Source: Octopus bimaculoides
Lineage: Eukaryota
Length of the DNA: 64,000 nt
Assembly (NCBI RefSeq): GCF_001194135.2
Contig: NC_068987.1
Span: forward strand, 28,226,135 to 28,290,134
Direction: 5' to 3'
The notes under the pieces are model-generated. The model did not search any database and had not been told where the DNA came from. It saw only the letters and a list, made by a program, of their open reading frames with translations. Shown here piece after piece: positions 40,946 to 54,773 of the stretch. The position numbers and the translations under genes were made by a program. Positions within the stretch are counted from its first letter, which is position 1, and the number at the start of each line of letters is the position of its first letter.

Positions 40946-42651
40946 TATACATACGTACACAAATGGATAGACAGAAAATTCACCATCGATTTTGTGTTAT
41001 ACTTCTCACGAATAAGTGCTGGAGTAACCGAAATCACTTTTAGCTTTGCTAGTATTTCCTCGTGGCGGTACTATAGACTGCTAGCAAATACAAAGTACAA
41101 TAGAAAGTTATTTTTGAACTAACATGACATTTTCCCAAAGAAATGGTGCAGGAAATGAAATCTTTGTCTTGTGATTTTTTTTATTTATTTATTTAATGTT
41201 GCCAATTTACATACTATTATTCATCGTTTTATTGCTTTTCGGAAAATCATGACGAACTTGTCTTCCCGTGAGTAAATGTATTTGATATATTTGGTTCAGT
41301 GTATGTGTTTACAGATATGTACAAATGTATGTATGTATGTATGCATGCATGTATGTATGTATGTATGTATATGTACGCACGGATACATGAATATATTAAG
41401 ATATACATATATATATATATAATGCTATGTGTGTTTGTTTAATTGCAGGTATCTCACAGTAGGAAGGGCCCCAATACACATATACTTATATTTTATTCAC
41501 TTATAACTCAGGCAACATGTTATATGATTTAGGAACTTATTCTATCATAAGATTTGTTCTATTTTACATATATTTTAGCAATATATCTTTGTATTCGTAG
41601 CAATGCATTTATCCGTTTACATATAATTGCAGTTATGTGTTTCTCTTGTTATTTTTCTTCTGATGTTCTTTGCGCATGACCAACGCACAGTTAAACCAAA
41701 GCCCCCAAAATTTCGCAACCATGCATGTAACGGTGCATGAATAAATAACAAATGAAAAAAAATCAAATAAAAATCTTCGATTCCTCTTCCATGCAAAAAA
41801 AATACCCATTCTTGATCAATTCCTAAGCCCTGAAATAGAAATCAATCTCTCCAGCAGCGGCCACAGAATGATACAAGAAAACAATCAAGTCAATTTCGCC
41901 TTTTAAACCACCGAGATTTCAGTTCTTTCACATCGAATGCATAAGGTCACGAATGTAAAAATTAATCAATACCAGTGCTATTCTTTCTCATATCTCTATA
42001 AATTCGAGTCGATTCTGTATTGAAAAACCAGGGTTGAAAGTAAGAGTCCTCTATATAATTGTCGTCTCGCTGTTGTATTATTTCAATAACAAAAGCAAAA
42101 CAAACCAATAATTAGTATGAAACACAGTTTGCATGTTTTTGATATTCGTATGTCTGCCTGCTGTCAGGCAATTAAGATAATTACTTCATATAATCAGAGG
42201 TTTCAGTAAGTGCGGCAAGAGCACGACTTTTAAATCAGATCTAACTTCCCTTCGGGCTATAATCGCTGAAGGAGTATTTCATATTGATACAAGCTAACAA
42301 AATGTTTTAAATACTGTTTCTGTCATATTGTACCAATTTACAGCGAACTATAATACGATTCTGTGGTGTTAAATGCACATCCCTAGATTCAAGATACTGG
42401 TTACACCAGGGCATGAAAAGCAGAATTACTAGACTGTTACAAATAGCGAAGACATTTCTAATAAATGACAGGTTTATAGATGCCCCAAAGTTATCAGTTA
42501 ACAAATGATTGTGAGCCAAATATTCATTAAATCCTGAAACAATAAGTTAGTACCCATAATATTCAGAAGTAGATATATTCCAATATACCTATGTTCTAGA
42601 AAAAAAAAAATTTCCGTCTACCTAGAGGATGAAATTAATATTTACAAGTAA

Positions 42652-42870
42652 GAAGGCAGCGAGCTGACAGAATAGTCAGCCCGCCAGAAAAATGCTTAGC
42701 ACCATTAAGTCCTTCTTCACGTTCTGGGTTCAAGTTCCACCATGGTCGATTTTGACTTTCATCATTTTGGGATCGATTAAATAAGTAACAGTTAAGCATT
42801 GGTCTTGATGCAATCGACTCATCCCTATCCCGAAATTGCTGGCCTTATTTCACAAATTTGAAAATAAAAC
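42652..42870 (+). mobile_element. SINE family A copy with 10-bp target-site duplication
   Basis: Family A body. TTACAAGTAA lies at 42642-42651 and at 42871-42880. Confidence 0.9.
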
Positions 42871-43271
42871 TTACAAGTAATATAAGTAAACTTAGTTTTA
42901 TATCATCATTTTATCTCATCATATGACATAGCAACATGCCATTGTGTCATATCGATTATACAGATTACTACTATAAGCATAGAGTGCATAGTGCTGCAAG
43001 ATGTAATGAGATACCATATGATAATTTAAGTTGATCCCTCTTCAAAGAAAATAAAGACACCATTTGATAATATAATTAGTATATTCTAGTGGTTTGCTGA
43101 GAGCGCTATTAAGGTTTAACCAGCTGCAGGGGACTTAACCGAGCTGACGACGTGGTTTCTTGTTCGCTCGATTCTATTGAATTTCGTCGATGCCATTAAC
43201 ACTTCTGCAAAAGTAGTCTGAGCATCAAAATATCTTCCCATAGAAATCCATATATTTCTTGAAACTGAAAC

Positions 43272-43440
43272 TGCTTTGCAGCAATTCGTTCGTCTTTACG
43301 TTCCGAGTTCGAATTCCACTGAGGCTGACTTTGACTTTCATCCTTTTGGGGACGATAACATAGGTACCACTGAAGCACTGGAATCGATATAATCGACTAG
43401 CCATTTCCCCCAAGATTTTAGGGATTGTGCTTATGGCAGA
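43272..43440 (+). mobile_element. SINE family A copy, 5'-truncated
   Basis: GTCTTTACGTTCCGAGTTCGAATTCC...GACTTTCATCC...ATCGATATAATCGACT. Confidence 0.85.
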
Positions 43441-43450
43441 CGCTATTTTC

Positions 43451-43625
43451 TTAAAGGTGAACTCCCAGAATCATTACTATGTCGGAAAATACATTTAGAA
43501 GCATTTCTTCAAGTTTTTCGCTCTGACTTCAAATGTCGCCAAGGTTGACTTTGCTTTACATCCTTTAGGGGCCGATGAAATAATTAATCAATGTAATCCA
43601 TCATCACCTAGCCCCGAAGTTTTAC
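43451..43625 (+). mobile_element. SINE family A copy, strongly diverged
   Basis: GGTGAACT..CAGAATC...TTCAAATG...AGGTTGACTTTGC...CATCCTTTAGGGGCCGAT. Confidence 0.7.
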
Positions 43626-43811
43626 ACTTTATAGTGTTTATGATAGACTGACAGATTATTGTTAAAGACTTTACTGACATGATTGTCCTGTCTTCTCCAG
43701 GCTTCGCGAACACATGTCTATGTTATGCAATGTGTTGAGCAAAATTTGACTCCTGTTTCCAGCATGTCGTGCGACTACGTAAAATCTCTCATATTTGTAT
43801 AACTGGCAGCC

Positions 43812-44006
43812 AGGCAGCAGACTAGCAGAATGGTTAGCATACCGGATAAAAAGCTTATGGGAATTTCTTCGTACGACCCGCGTTCCAATTCCACCGAGAT
43901 CGACTGACTTTGCTTTTCGGCGTCGATAAGTACCAATTTAGCACTGGGGCGGTGTAACTGACTTAGCTTCTGACCTTAAATTTTCTGACCTTTTGCCAAA
44001 ATTTGA
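43812..44006 (+). mobile_element. SINE family A copy, diverged
   Basis: GCAGAATGGTTAGCA...AATTCCACCGAG...GTCGATAAGTACC...GCACTGGGG...GCCAAAATTTGA. Confidence 0.8.
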
Positions 44007-44752
44007 TAGTGGTTGGACTGTTAAAGCGGTAAATAGTTAATATCTTTTAATTCATGTTTCTGATACTACCGCAGGATACTTTGCCTTTCATTTCTTTGGC
44101 TCTATGAAATACGTGGAAGCAAAATAATATAGCTAATAAGTCATTTATACGCTCTCCGCTCCCTCAAAATTGGCTTGTGCCAACGTAAAAGCATATAATA
44201 GCAATATTATGAAAGAAAATTGGTATAGTACTGGATTAAAGCCCCCACGAAATTTAATTATGTACAGCAGTCATATTTGTGGCAACGTACCAAACTTTGA
44301 AATTATTATAAATGATGCTTTGGTTGTTGCTATTGTCATTGTTATTGTTTACTTGTAGTGGGAAATAGATATTTGTAAATTAGAAATAGCTTCAGATTTC
44401 TTTTCTCTATTTATCAGGGCACATGTGATTATTTGCAAATTAAATATGGCGTTAAGTAAAAAAAAACACTTTAAAAATATATCATATGTCTCATTTTACC
44501 CTCTGATCAAATGTTTAATTATTCTGCAATCTCTTATGGCCTTGTAGAAGAAGTTTACTTTGTGGTTTAGGAATTTAGTATCTATAAGATTATTTGCTGA
44601 TAAGAAAGGGGTTATGGAAATACTAATGATGATTGGTAACGTAGTAAATGAGTTCCAATTACATACATACATACACACATAAAAACATACATACACACAT
44701 AAAAACATACATACATACAAATATAGATATATATGTATATATATGTATGTAT

Positions 44753-44785
<33 letters not shown>

Positions 44786-44991
44786 NNNNNNNNNNNNNNN
44801 NNNNNNNNNNNNNNNNNNNNNNNNNNNNNNNNNNNNNNNNNNNNNNNNNNNNNNNNNNNNNNNNNNNNNNNNNNNNNNNNNNNNNNNNNNNNNNNNNNNN
44901 NNNNNNNNNNNNNNNNNNNNNNNNNNNNNNNNNNNNNNNNNNNNNNNNNNNNNNNNNNNNNNNNNNNNNNNNNNNNNNNNNNNNNNNNNNN

Positions 44992-45022
<31 letters not shown>

Positions 45023-45261
45023 CACGCATACACACACATACAATCACGCGTACAACCATACACACACATTCAACACTCCTACTGTCTGACAAAGAGACTA
45101 TGCATAAATCCATGTAATTCAATGTATTTATTGCGATGACAGATGATACTAAGCTTCCATCAAATTGAGGTTCCATTGCCGACGTCAACTTCCTGCTGAA
45201 TCTTCACAAGTTTTAAGTGTATAATAGAGAGGATTGAACCAAAATACTGTAAAGCACCTAA

Positions 45262-45306
45262 TATACTGTGAGTTATACTGTGAGTTATTTATACTGTGAG
45301 TTATTT
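45262..45306. repeat. Short tandem repeat of TATACTGTGAGT (3 copies)
   Basis: Read directly. Confidence 0.9.
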
Positions 45307-46707
45307 GCGCTAGCGTCAATGTAATTGCTCTGATACATAAGCAGAAGATTCACAACACGTTCGAATCGTAAGGGTAACTGTTGGCCTCCAAAACGTAGAG
45401 TTAAAAGACCACTAACAGTCGGTGTTCTTCTTTAACTATGCATAGAACATGTATTCGCAGAGATCCAAACGCATAAACACCTGCTTAGATAAGAGTCTTT
45501 TGTTAGCATACAATGTTGTTTTCAAATCTCTTGATATGAGTAGAAACTTTTGATAGACTAGCATATCTAGAAAGCAGATCTTTCTCTTTCAGATTCACTT
45601 ATGTGTGTGCATATATATATATATATATACTTTCTCTGTCAAATACACTTACGTATTTATATACGATTGCGTGCGCGTGTGAGAAGATGCTTGAAAAAAG
45701 TTAAGGAAGTATACCAGTAACTCCACACTTTTCACAGAAAATATAAAATGATGAAGCCTTCCTGAATTTTATTCTGAATACTAATAACTGCGAAAGCGAA
45801 GTCGGTTCTGTTCAGATTGACTTATTTCTCTTTTTCTTTAGAAACCAATTCAATTTTCCAACAAACTACTTTTGTTACCGCTGAATGATGTATATATATG
45901 CATAAAACAACAACAACAAACTGTTCTTCAGTTTTTGCTAATCTTCTTTTGAAATTCTAAATACTTCCATTACTTTATCACTATATTATTTTCTGCTGGA
46001 TCACATGGCAGGAAGCTAATTCTATTGTTAATCTTTATCATTTCCATTTGTGATTATAAGCTATCAGTTATCTGAAATATTCTAGTGTGGAACTAAATAC
46101 TTTAAGATATTGCGTTTTGTTCATGTTGCTTCTGCGTTCAAATTCAACGGGAATTATGTTGCTTCCATAGATAAAAATAAGTATTATTGATGAATTAGCT
46201 TGAAATCAGTCTAATACGGTCATTCCCTTAAAAATTTTATCTTGTGCTTACTTAAAAACCTAATTTCACATGGATACTTTCATTCTATACTGTAGATCCT
46301 AGCCTTACACTTTATTGAATAGCTAATTAAATGTAAGATCTCATTACATACTCATACACACACATTTACTCACACATATTGCATGCATATAAGAGTGCGT
46401 TCAAGTGTGTACTAAAGGCGAGCGAGTAACTTGTAATCTTCTTTTATATGGCATCATCTTACGATTGGCCAAAAGGTGAAAAAGAAATAAAATAATAGAT
46501 AATCGATGTAATATTTCTGTTATCAAACAAACAATTTAGAGGCGATGAATCCTGAAATTTCTTTCAATGCTGCTTTTTGTCGACACATCTCAAATCTTAT
46601 TGATTGTTTTCTGTCGATTTTTTCTGTCATTTGAAACTAATGGCTGTATTCAGGAAACTAAAAGGACAAGTTGGATATATTTTCCCAATGTTACTGTTTG
46701 ATAAGAC

Positions 46708-46708
<1 letters not shown>

Positions 46709-46742
<34 letters not shown>

Positions 46743-46795
46743 AGATGGTGGTGGTGATAATAGTAGTGGCTGCAGCAGCAGCGGTAGTTGTTGGA
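46709..46795. repeat. Compound (GTA)n/(GTG)/(GCA) trinucleotide repeat
   Basis: Read directly. It produces the poly-V/A and poly-T ORFs. Confidence 0.9.
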
Positions 46796-47929
46796 GTATT
46801 TTTCATCGAGTCGTGGAGCACGTTTGTTTTGTTTTTATATAAAAGTGCTACTCTCTGCTCTACCTTTATTTCTCTCTACATTTATTTCATTTATCTAGCA
46901 GCATTCTCCCGCTGTCTTTCTTTTCTAACCTATCTTCCTGCTTTTTCTTTTCCCTTTCATTTGTCATTGATCATGATCAAGTAGACCACTATTATGGTCA
47001 GTTTCAAATATCATCTGTAGTTGGTTTTCAAGTGCCACACTTGTCTCATATACTTACATGTCTTCACGTCTTCACACCTAGTCTTTCACCTAATCCTTCT
47101 GCAAAGTATTTCTGTCAGTTTTCTACTATCTCATGAAATCAGTTTTCTTTTTGCTTTCTACATGTATTCCCATAAACCTGCTGATTTATTTGGTTATTTA
47201 TTTCGTGTGTCTGCTATAATTCACTATTGACCGATTACTTTGCGTTATTTTATTTTCCTTTTGTCTTTGCTATAGTTCACGTTTTCTATGTCTAACTTTG
47301 CCTTTCTAAGGTTGCTGGGGTTTTCTGCTTTATAAATTTTTCTGAAGTCAAAACGAACTAAAACTTATCATATTTATTGTCCACTATTAGTCGGAACAAA
47401 AGGTAATGCTTCTCGAAATGTTTCTGCTGATGTTATTACCCCAGATACTAGTGTACTTGTAGCTGACAAAAGCGGCAGTATTTACGATGGACGATGGAAT
47501 GGATAATGATGTTGATGATGATCATGAGAGAAAAGTAGGAAAGCAAAGTAGTGTTAATAAGGATAAAGATGGCTTCAACAAAAATGTATGATAGTAATTT
47601 TTTTTATTAATTGATTAATTGATATATGAAATTTTAGTCAAAATCTGTCGTCATCCAATGGTTTCATGCAAGACATTCATAAGTGTGAAGTAGTTTATAT
47701 TAGTTTTGATCAAGAAGATATCCTACAGCGTCCTGTCAGATGACGATAACAATTCGTTTTGAGGTCAACTCGGTCTACTTTTTTGAGTTGATGAATAACA
47801 TCGTAGCTGAGAGTGGTGGAGTGCACGAATTGTTGTAGCGTCAAGTAAAATACTTTCTGGAATTTATTCAGACAGTGCATACTGAGTTTAAATTCCACCA
47901 AGAGGACAATGGTCAGAGCTAAGTTTCCT

Positions 47930-48800
47930 AATCACCTTCGAATGACCATTGTTGGTAATCAAGAGTATAACTTGTAAGCTTAAAACAGGAACACATGCTG
48001 GAAAGCATCCAACAACAATTTTAAAAGAAGATTAAATGGGAAGTTATATGAACGCAAATTCAATTTCATTTAACGTTATAATCTCTGGAGAGAAATCTAT
48101 AAAATGTTTTGAATAGGTGTTTAGCTAGACTTCAAACTACCATTGTCGACCTACAAAAATGTATCATCTTAAATTCTACAAAAATCCTAAGGAAGGTTCT
48201 GGGGAATTGTGGAGAGATAGTGTCACCAAATCTCAAGATAAAATCTGATTGGAAGTGTTATCATGTAAACGTTTTGTCTCGGTATAAAAGATGGGCTGCA
48301 GCAAATATTCTGCTCAATACAACAGATTTGCTTGTCATTTGTTTGACGATAACCAGTTGAGCATGTCACTTGGTGGCTGACGATAACCAGTTGAACATGT
48401 CACTCGGTGCCTGACGATATGGTTGTTGACGAGCAGAAGTAGTGGCGTAGCATCATAGCCATGTGTTGTGAGTAATTCTTTGAGGTTTGAATAATTCACC
48501 ACTGGAAACATGGGTGCTTCGTTCATCATCGTTAAAAAACCTTTACTCAGAGAACTTTTGAGTAAGATGGATTACTCGATCTGAAGAGAATTCTAACTGA
48601 TCCCCACGAGAAAATCATGCGCTGTTTATCTTGATATGAGATCACCTTGTAGCGCACATATGGTTGTGATGAATGTGTCTATGTATCCTTATCAGATGAG
48701 TAACCATGATGGGTACATTGCGTTTCGTATATTTGTAGTCCAGTAGCACATTTATGACATGCGCTGCTCTGTCACTCAACAACAGCAACAACATCAACAA
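47930..48800 (+). mobile_element. 3' end of an RLE-endonuclease-type LINE (R4/Dong/NeSL-like) with 3' UTR and (AAC)n tail
   Basis: DLQKCIILNSTKILRKVL (48148-48201) matches the C-terminal LQKxxxLxTxxILRKVL pattern of RLE-class elements. A UTR-like segment with a 34-bp tandem repeat follows and ends CACTCAACAACAGCAACAAC. Confidence 0.6.
48344..48419 (+). repeat. 34-bp tandem repeat (about 2.2 copies) in the putative LINE 3' UTR
   Basis: TGACGATAACCAGTTGARCATGTCACTYGGTGSC starts at 48344 and 48378, with a partial copy at 48412. Confidence 0.92.
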
Positions 48801-48806
48801 TCCTAA

Positions 48807-49012
48807 CTACTAAAGGCATGAGGCCTAAAATTTGGGGGAGGGGACTTGTCAATTACATCGACTCCAGTGTTTCAGTGGTACTTACTTTAGGAACCCCGAA
48901 AGGATGAATGCCAAACTTGACTCCGACGGAATTTGAACTCCGAACATGCAAACAGACGAAGTGCCGCTAAGCATTTCGCCCGGCGTGCTAACGATTCTGC
49001 CAGCTCGTCGGC
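48807..49012 (-). mobile_element. SINE family A copy
   Basis: CCGCTAAGCATTTCGCCCGGCGTGCTAACGATTCTGCCAGCTCG is the reverse complement of the family A head. Confidence 0.92.
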
Positions 49013-49329
49013 TGAACAACAACAGCAACAACAGGAACAAGAACAACAACAATAATAATAATCAAGTTAAGCATGAGAGACAGTTTTGTGTAAAGTCAAG
49101 GGGCAGAGGAAAAGTTATAAGAACCAGAAAACAGTTACAGAGCGTACACAGTAAAATTGCTTTCTGATTAGAAAATTACACGCCCATTTTCCTATTGGAA
49201 ACAGAAGTTCACTGAGGGAATTGTCTGTGGGAGAGAGAAAGAGCGAGTGTAGGAGAAAGTACTTCGTATTTAGTAGTTTGAGCCATCAACTGTTCTGAAT
49301 TAAATGATATAATATTGACATGTAACAAA

Positions 49330-49480
49330 GCCCCACCCTATTTCAGAGGAGCATAGTAATTTGCCGGTAATTTTATTTTTATTGAGCTATGAATGATGAA
49401 AGCCAAAACAGACCCGGAATGGCTTTCGATACAGAACGTAAATGGACAAATCTAATCACTACAACACATTATATCCTCAT
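49330..49480 (-). mobile_element. Highly degenerate SINE family A remnant
   Basis: ATGAAAGCCAAA.CAGACC...CAGAACGTAAA..GAC weakly matches the family A reverse complement. Confidence 0.45.
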
Positions 49481-49797
49481 TCTACGATTTATGCTACGGA
49501 TACCTTCATGGAATTAAATAAGATATTGACCGTAAAGATTAAACTAGCATTATAATAATAAATGTATGAGCTTCCGAAAAAAATAATAGATATGAGAATT
49601 TTATAATTCAATATAGCATTGGGTCAGCAAATGCTATACAGTAAAAAAATAACCTACGAAATAAATTATTCATGAAATATAGATTGGTATTAGACTAACT
49701 ATATTCTATAAAGCAGCTATTATAGTTATAAATATATGGATGATAAAGAATTATAAACATATCCATAATACATACGTAAATATAAATATAGATATAG

Positions 49798-49858
<61 letters not shown>

Positions 49859-50199
49859 CGTTTTATTTAAACACCCAACTCATGTAATATTCACATATAT
49901 TTTACAACCATTGATTTACTGCACTTTCCATTGACATTTAACTATTTTGGTTTTCAAAACTATATCTTCTTTTTCAGGTTATACTTAATCAAGTCTCAAT
50001 ATAGCAGTCTCATGAGGTGCATCTAGCTTTCGTCTAAATAACTACTGACATCTGTCGAAGTTTCGCGCCGCAGTAGTAATGCAATGCCCGGTTTCGCTTC
50101 TAGATCTATGGTATACATACATACCTTAACTATTAATGAATATATGCAGAGAGTACCAGTACATAAAACACACATACATATATATGGGGGTGGTATTCT

Positions 50200-50570
50200 C
50201 TAAATTGTGATTAGAGTGTAGCCATGCTGTACCACAGGTTTGGAGAACCATACTCGTACGAACTGACTCCAGTACATCTTTTAATACATGATACACATTT
50301 TATCAGTATATTTTACTAAACCGCTAATGTTACGGGGATGTAAACACACCATCACCGGTTGTCAAACAGTGGTGATTTACGAACACTGACACAGATACAT
50401 GTATACATACGCGTGTATGTGTGTTCTTTTAGTTTCCATGTTCCAAATCAACTCACAAATCTCTGGCCAGAGACTATAATAGAAGACACTTGCTCAAGGT
50501 GCCATGCAGGGAGAATAATCCCAGAGACATGTAATTGGAAAGCAAACTTCTAACCACCCAGAGCCTGCGC
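50200..50570 (-). mobile_element. SINE family B copy with short internal microsatellite
   Basis: Reverse complement aligns with 39677-40583 (GCCATGCT...CGCTAA.GTTACGGGGA.GTAAACACACCA...GTTGTCAA...AGTTTCC...GAAGACACTTGCTCAAGGTGCCA...CTAACCAC). Confidence 0.88.
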
Positions 50571-50727
50571 TTAGCACGGAATTTTGTCAGTGAACAGGTC
50601 GCGGTCTCTCAAAGCAACGAAAATATGTTGACAAATTAAATTTAAATGTTGAAGTGAATCTAACGGTTTTTGTGTTTTTAAATGGCTTATAAACCTTCCA
50701 CGCTGCAAATGTTTATACACACACACA

Positions 50728-50805
<78 letters not shown>

Positions 50806-51482
50806 CATATACACATATATATCATATGTATTGTGTAGATTCAACTGGCAAAATGAATAGGCCTACGACGGAACAATCTGTATATAATCCATTAGGAGAT
50901 ATGTAAGCTACGAAATCCAGGAAATCGGCTTTCTGAGACTTTGGCTCGGTTAAGACTTTTGCTCCGTTTTATATTATTTGTTTTGTTTTATTGATCGAAA
51001 TCGAAGAATTAGATAAGTAAATTATCGAATTGAAAAGAAATATACTTTACCAGCTAGTCAACATTATTTTATGTACGCATTCCTTATGATATGGCTAGAT
51101 GTATCGTTGTTGTACGAGACAATATGGGAGAATTATATCTGGTTCAAAATGTCAGACTGGTCTTGATTCAAACATCTGGATACTTCTATATCAGCAACCA
51201 TTTTAGAGAGCGTACAAATTGCAATTTTCCATGGCGCGTTAGTATCTAGCGCAATTATGGCCTTTATGGCGCAGGCATAACACGAAAAGTAATCCCCTAC
51301 ATAGCCATCCTTTCCTTCTTTCCTCAGATCAAGTCGAACTGAGCAGATTAACATATATTAGAACGGTACTCCTTCCACGGTTATCCAAACTTTTTGTATA
51401 CATATGATGATATTTTAACTATATACTATATTGCGATTGGTTTGTACATACATATGTATATTTATATGTATGTATATATGGA

Positions 51483-51520
<38 letters not shown>

Positions 51521-51561
51521 TTATACACACACACACACGTACATGCTTGTGTAAGATATTG

Positions 51562-51765
51562 GTTTCAAATTTTACCAGATGTCCAGCAATTTCGATGGAG
51601 GATTTAAGTCGATTACATTAACCTCACTGCACACCCGGTATTTATTTTGTCCATCCCCAAAAGATGGAAGGCAAATCTGACCTCGTCAGAATTTAGAATG
51701 TAATGACAGACAAAATGCCGCTAAGCATTTCGCCTGGCGTGCTAACGATTCTGATAACTGTTGCC
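51562..51765 (-). mobile_element. SINE family A copy
   Basis: CCGCTAAGCATTTCGCCTGGCGTGCTAACGATTCTG head, and a TTTCAAATTTT...CCAGCAATTTCG tail. Confidence 0.9.
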
Positions 51766-52974
51766 TACGTATGAAATTAACATTACGTTACATTTTGCTT
51801 TTGTTTACCACATCTTCTTCATTTTTATGATTTCATAAATATTCAATATTTAATATAGATATTTGTAAATGTGTTTCCTTGACAATATCGTATTAGAATA
51901 TATAACTTCAATTGAAACTAGTTCAGAAGCATCTTGTATATTTTGTTTCCTTTATTAAACCATAAACTAAGATATTAATTATAGAAAGGCGGACTATTTA
52001 AGTGGAAGTTCTTCCTCCTTTCATTGCACATGAATTTATTGTACGAATAAAATACTTTTGGTCTCTGAAGGCTAACATACTGTATGATTCTCTTTTGACG
52101 TGTAAAGCTATATCGACACCAAAATATAACTGAGTACCTTATTTTTTTGACATATAGATTAGAATATATTAAAAGAAACTCCAGAACAGATTTATATTTA
52201 GAAGTCTGAGCTGCAAAAATAAATACTATAATTTTCTTATTCAGATTTGATACTGTCGCAGTCATCTCCATTACATGCATTATATCAATGAACTACCACA
52301 AGTAAATAAAAAAAAAATCATCATATTACAAAGATATTGTCTATTGAATTTACCTCAATTCAGTATTGGTATTTATTAATTTTATCAACTCCTGAGAGGG
52401 AGAGAAAGAGTAAAAGAAAGAAACAGACTTAAAGAAAAGGAGGCCGTGGTGAAGGGCAAACCAACCCTGACGTTTGTTGAAACCCAAACAGACAGCGGAA
52501 AAGCTTAATTCGTTAATGTCTTCTGTTTAATGTTCCATAACTTTATTAAATCTTTAATATCATATTACTAAATAAGGAAAAGAAATATAATTCTACTTCC
52601 CAAAAGGTAATTTTCTGCACTTGATAACATATTGCTTTCAGCTGCAATAGTAATTGAATTGACCAGAACTTAGCAACGAGTGTTTTTAATTCATACTTAC
52701 TTTTATAGAATCTATTTCGGATCTTCCTCTGACATTTGAAGAAAAAATATAGCTTGACGAATGAGATAAGAAAATGAATGAACAATGATACAGGGAATAA
52801 AACAAAATTCTGGTAGAATATTTGTATTTAGTAATGGAGCAATAGAAGTTTTAAAGATATATGTTAATATTGTATTTTAGAGGTTAGAGGGCTGTTTCAG
52901 GAAGTAATTTTAAGAAATGCAAAAGTACGTATGACGATGCGAGAAAAGTCCCCAACTGTATTATTATCAAACTG

Positions 52975-53118
52975 TAAGACGATGAGCTGGCAGGATTGTT
53001 ATTGTGTCGGGCAAAATGCTGGGCGGAATTTCTTGTGATTTTACGTCCCTAATTCAAATGCCTTGCGAGTCGAATTTGGCTGTCATCGTTTGGATGTCAA
53101 TAAAATGAGTATCAGTTG
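52975..53118 (+). mobile_element. SINE family A copy, 3'-truncated and diverged
   Basis: GATGAGCTGGCAGGATTGTTA...GGGCAAAATGCT..GCGG.ATTTC...TTACGT...TTCAAAT. Confidence 0.75.
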
Positions 53119-54618
53119 CGAACTGTTTGTCAATATAATCGATTCAACATTTCCCACATGTGTGTGTATGTATGTATGCATGCATGTATGTATGCATGTA
53201 TGTATGTATGTATGTATGTATGCATGTATGTATGTATGTATGTATGTATGTATGCATGTGCGTGCGTGTGTATGTATGTATTTTTACACTGGGAACTTAA
53301 TTCATTGGAAATGTTACAAAGAAGTAACAGCATTAAACATAAAAAAAATAATAAAATATACCGACAGCCATATAGAAATACTCTTCTAAACTAACACACA
53401 GAAACAGTTTGAAGGATGTATTGCTAACAAGAGAGTTTCTCCATTTAAAACTTTGATTATGCCTATGTAAAATTAAGAAGTTCTCTTCTTAAACATATGA
53501 GTCATATTCGACTCCTAGTCAATGGCACAACGATTGAAAAGATGCTGAATAGGGGATTTTGAAAGTAACACTGTGTAATCACTATTCGAAATAGATAACA
53601 CGGTCGCAATTTTGAGACTAATGGTCGGAGAAACACAGGGAAACTAACTTTCACAATGTGAAGAAAATCCCTGTTACATACCAAAAGGCATCTTAACTAC
53701 ACGGCAATACATGTGCATATTAAATTGAAATATATCAATATACGCAGGAAATATACAAACAAGTTTGTTCTATGAATCATATATTACTGCATATATATGT
53801 GTGTATGTGTGTGTGTAACATACGTGTGTGTGAGCATCTATTTATATTATCAATCAATCTCATCTAATTCTGTATACATACACGCACACACTTATGCACA
53901 AATACACACACTCACACACAAACATACACACACGGATGGAGGTCCCTACTACTTGATTCTAAATTGGGAAGTGTTCCATAAAACTACAGACCTGATAAAC
54001 ATTTTGACAGTAGAAGATTGTCATAAAAGAAATGAACAATTTATGACAATCATCCGTTATTTATTGTCGCTAAGATCAAACTATATCTTTGATTTTATGA
54101 TACTACAGATGTTAACAACTAATCACTTGCCAATAACTTTATAACATATGTTGTTACAAACTTATGTTGATATACCTATATGATCAAAGAAATTGTTTTC
54201 AGACAAATCTTTATTCGTTGCTTTCATTTAAAGAAATATTTATTGAATACAAATACACACATACACAACCATATATATGAACACGCACACAGGCACACAC
54301 ACGCACACACACACACAAACGCACAAACACACACACGCACATATGAATATGCATGTTTGTATATGTTTGTAATTGTGCATATGTGCGTGCATGTGTGTGT
54401 AATCGTGTGTGTGGTGTTTGATTATATACTATATGTGTACATATACGTATGTATTAATTTGTGCTTACACGTGTTATACATTTCTACATCTATGAGCTTA
54501 CCTTTATCTATAAAAGTATATATATATCCATCCATATATATATGTACGTGTACATATATACATACACTCAGACACACATATACAGGCATATATACATCGA
54601 CATACACACACACACCTG

Positions 54619-54665
<47 letters not shown>

Positions 54666-54708
54666 NNNNNNNNNNNNNNNNNNNNNNNNNNNNNNNNNNN
54701 NNNNNNNN

Positions 54709-54773
<65 letters not shown>

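Noticed and set aside
46990-47330. Possible RTE endonuclease remnant on the minus strand
   Set aside because: Only a vague resemblance; no GDFN or SDH motif is clearly present.
48344-48419. CRISPR-like repeat
   Set aside because: Units are directly adjacent with no unique spacers, there are only ~2 copies, and the context is eukaryotic.
53500-53640. VNGTTIEK resembling the RTE RT motif xNGxxIExV
   Set aside because: The expected FxYLGS continuation is absent.
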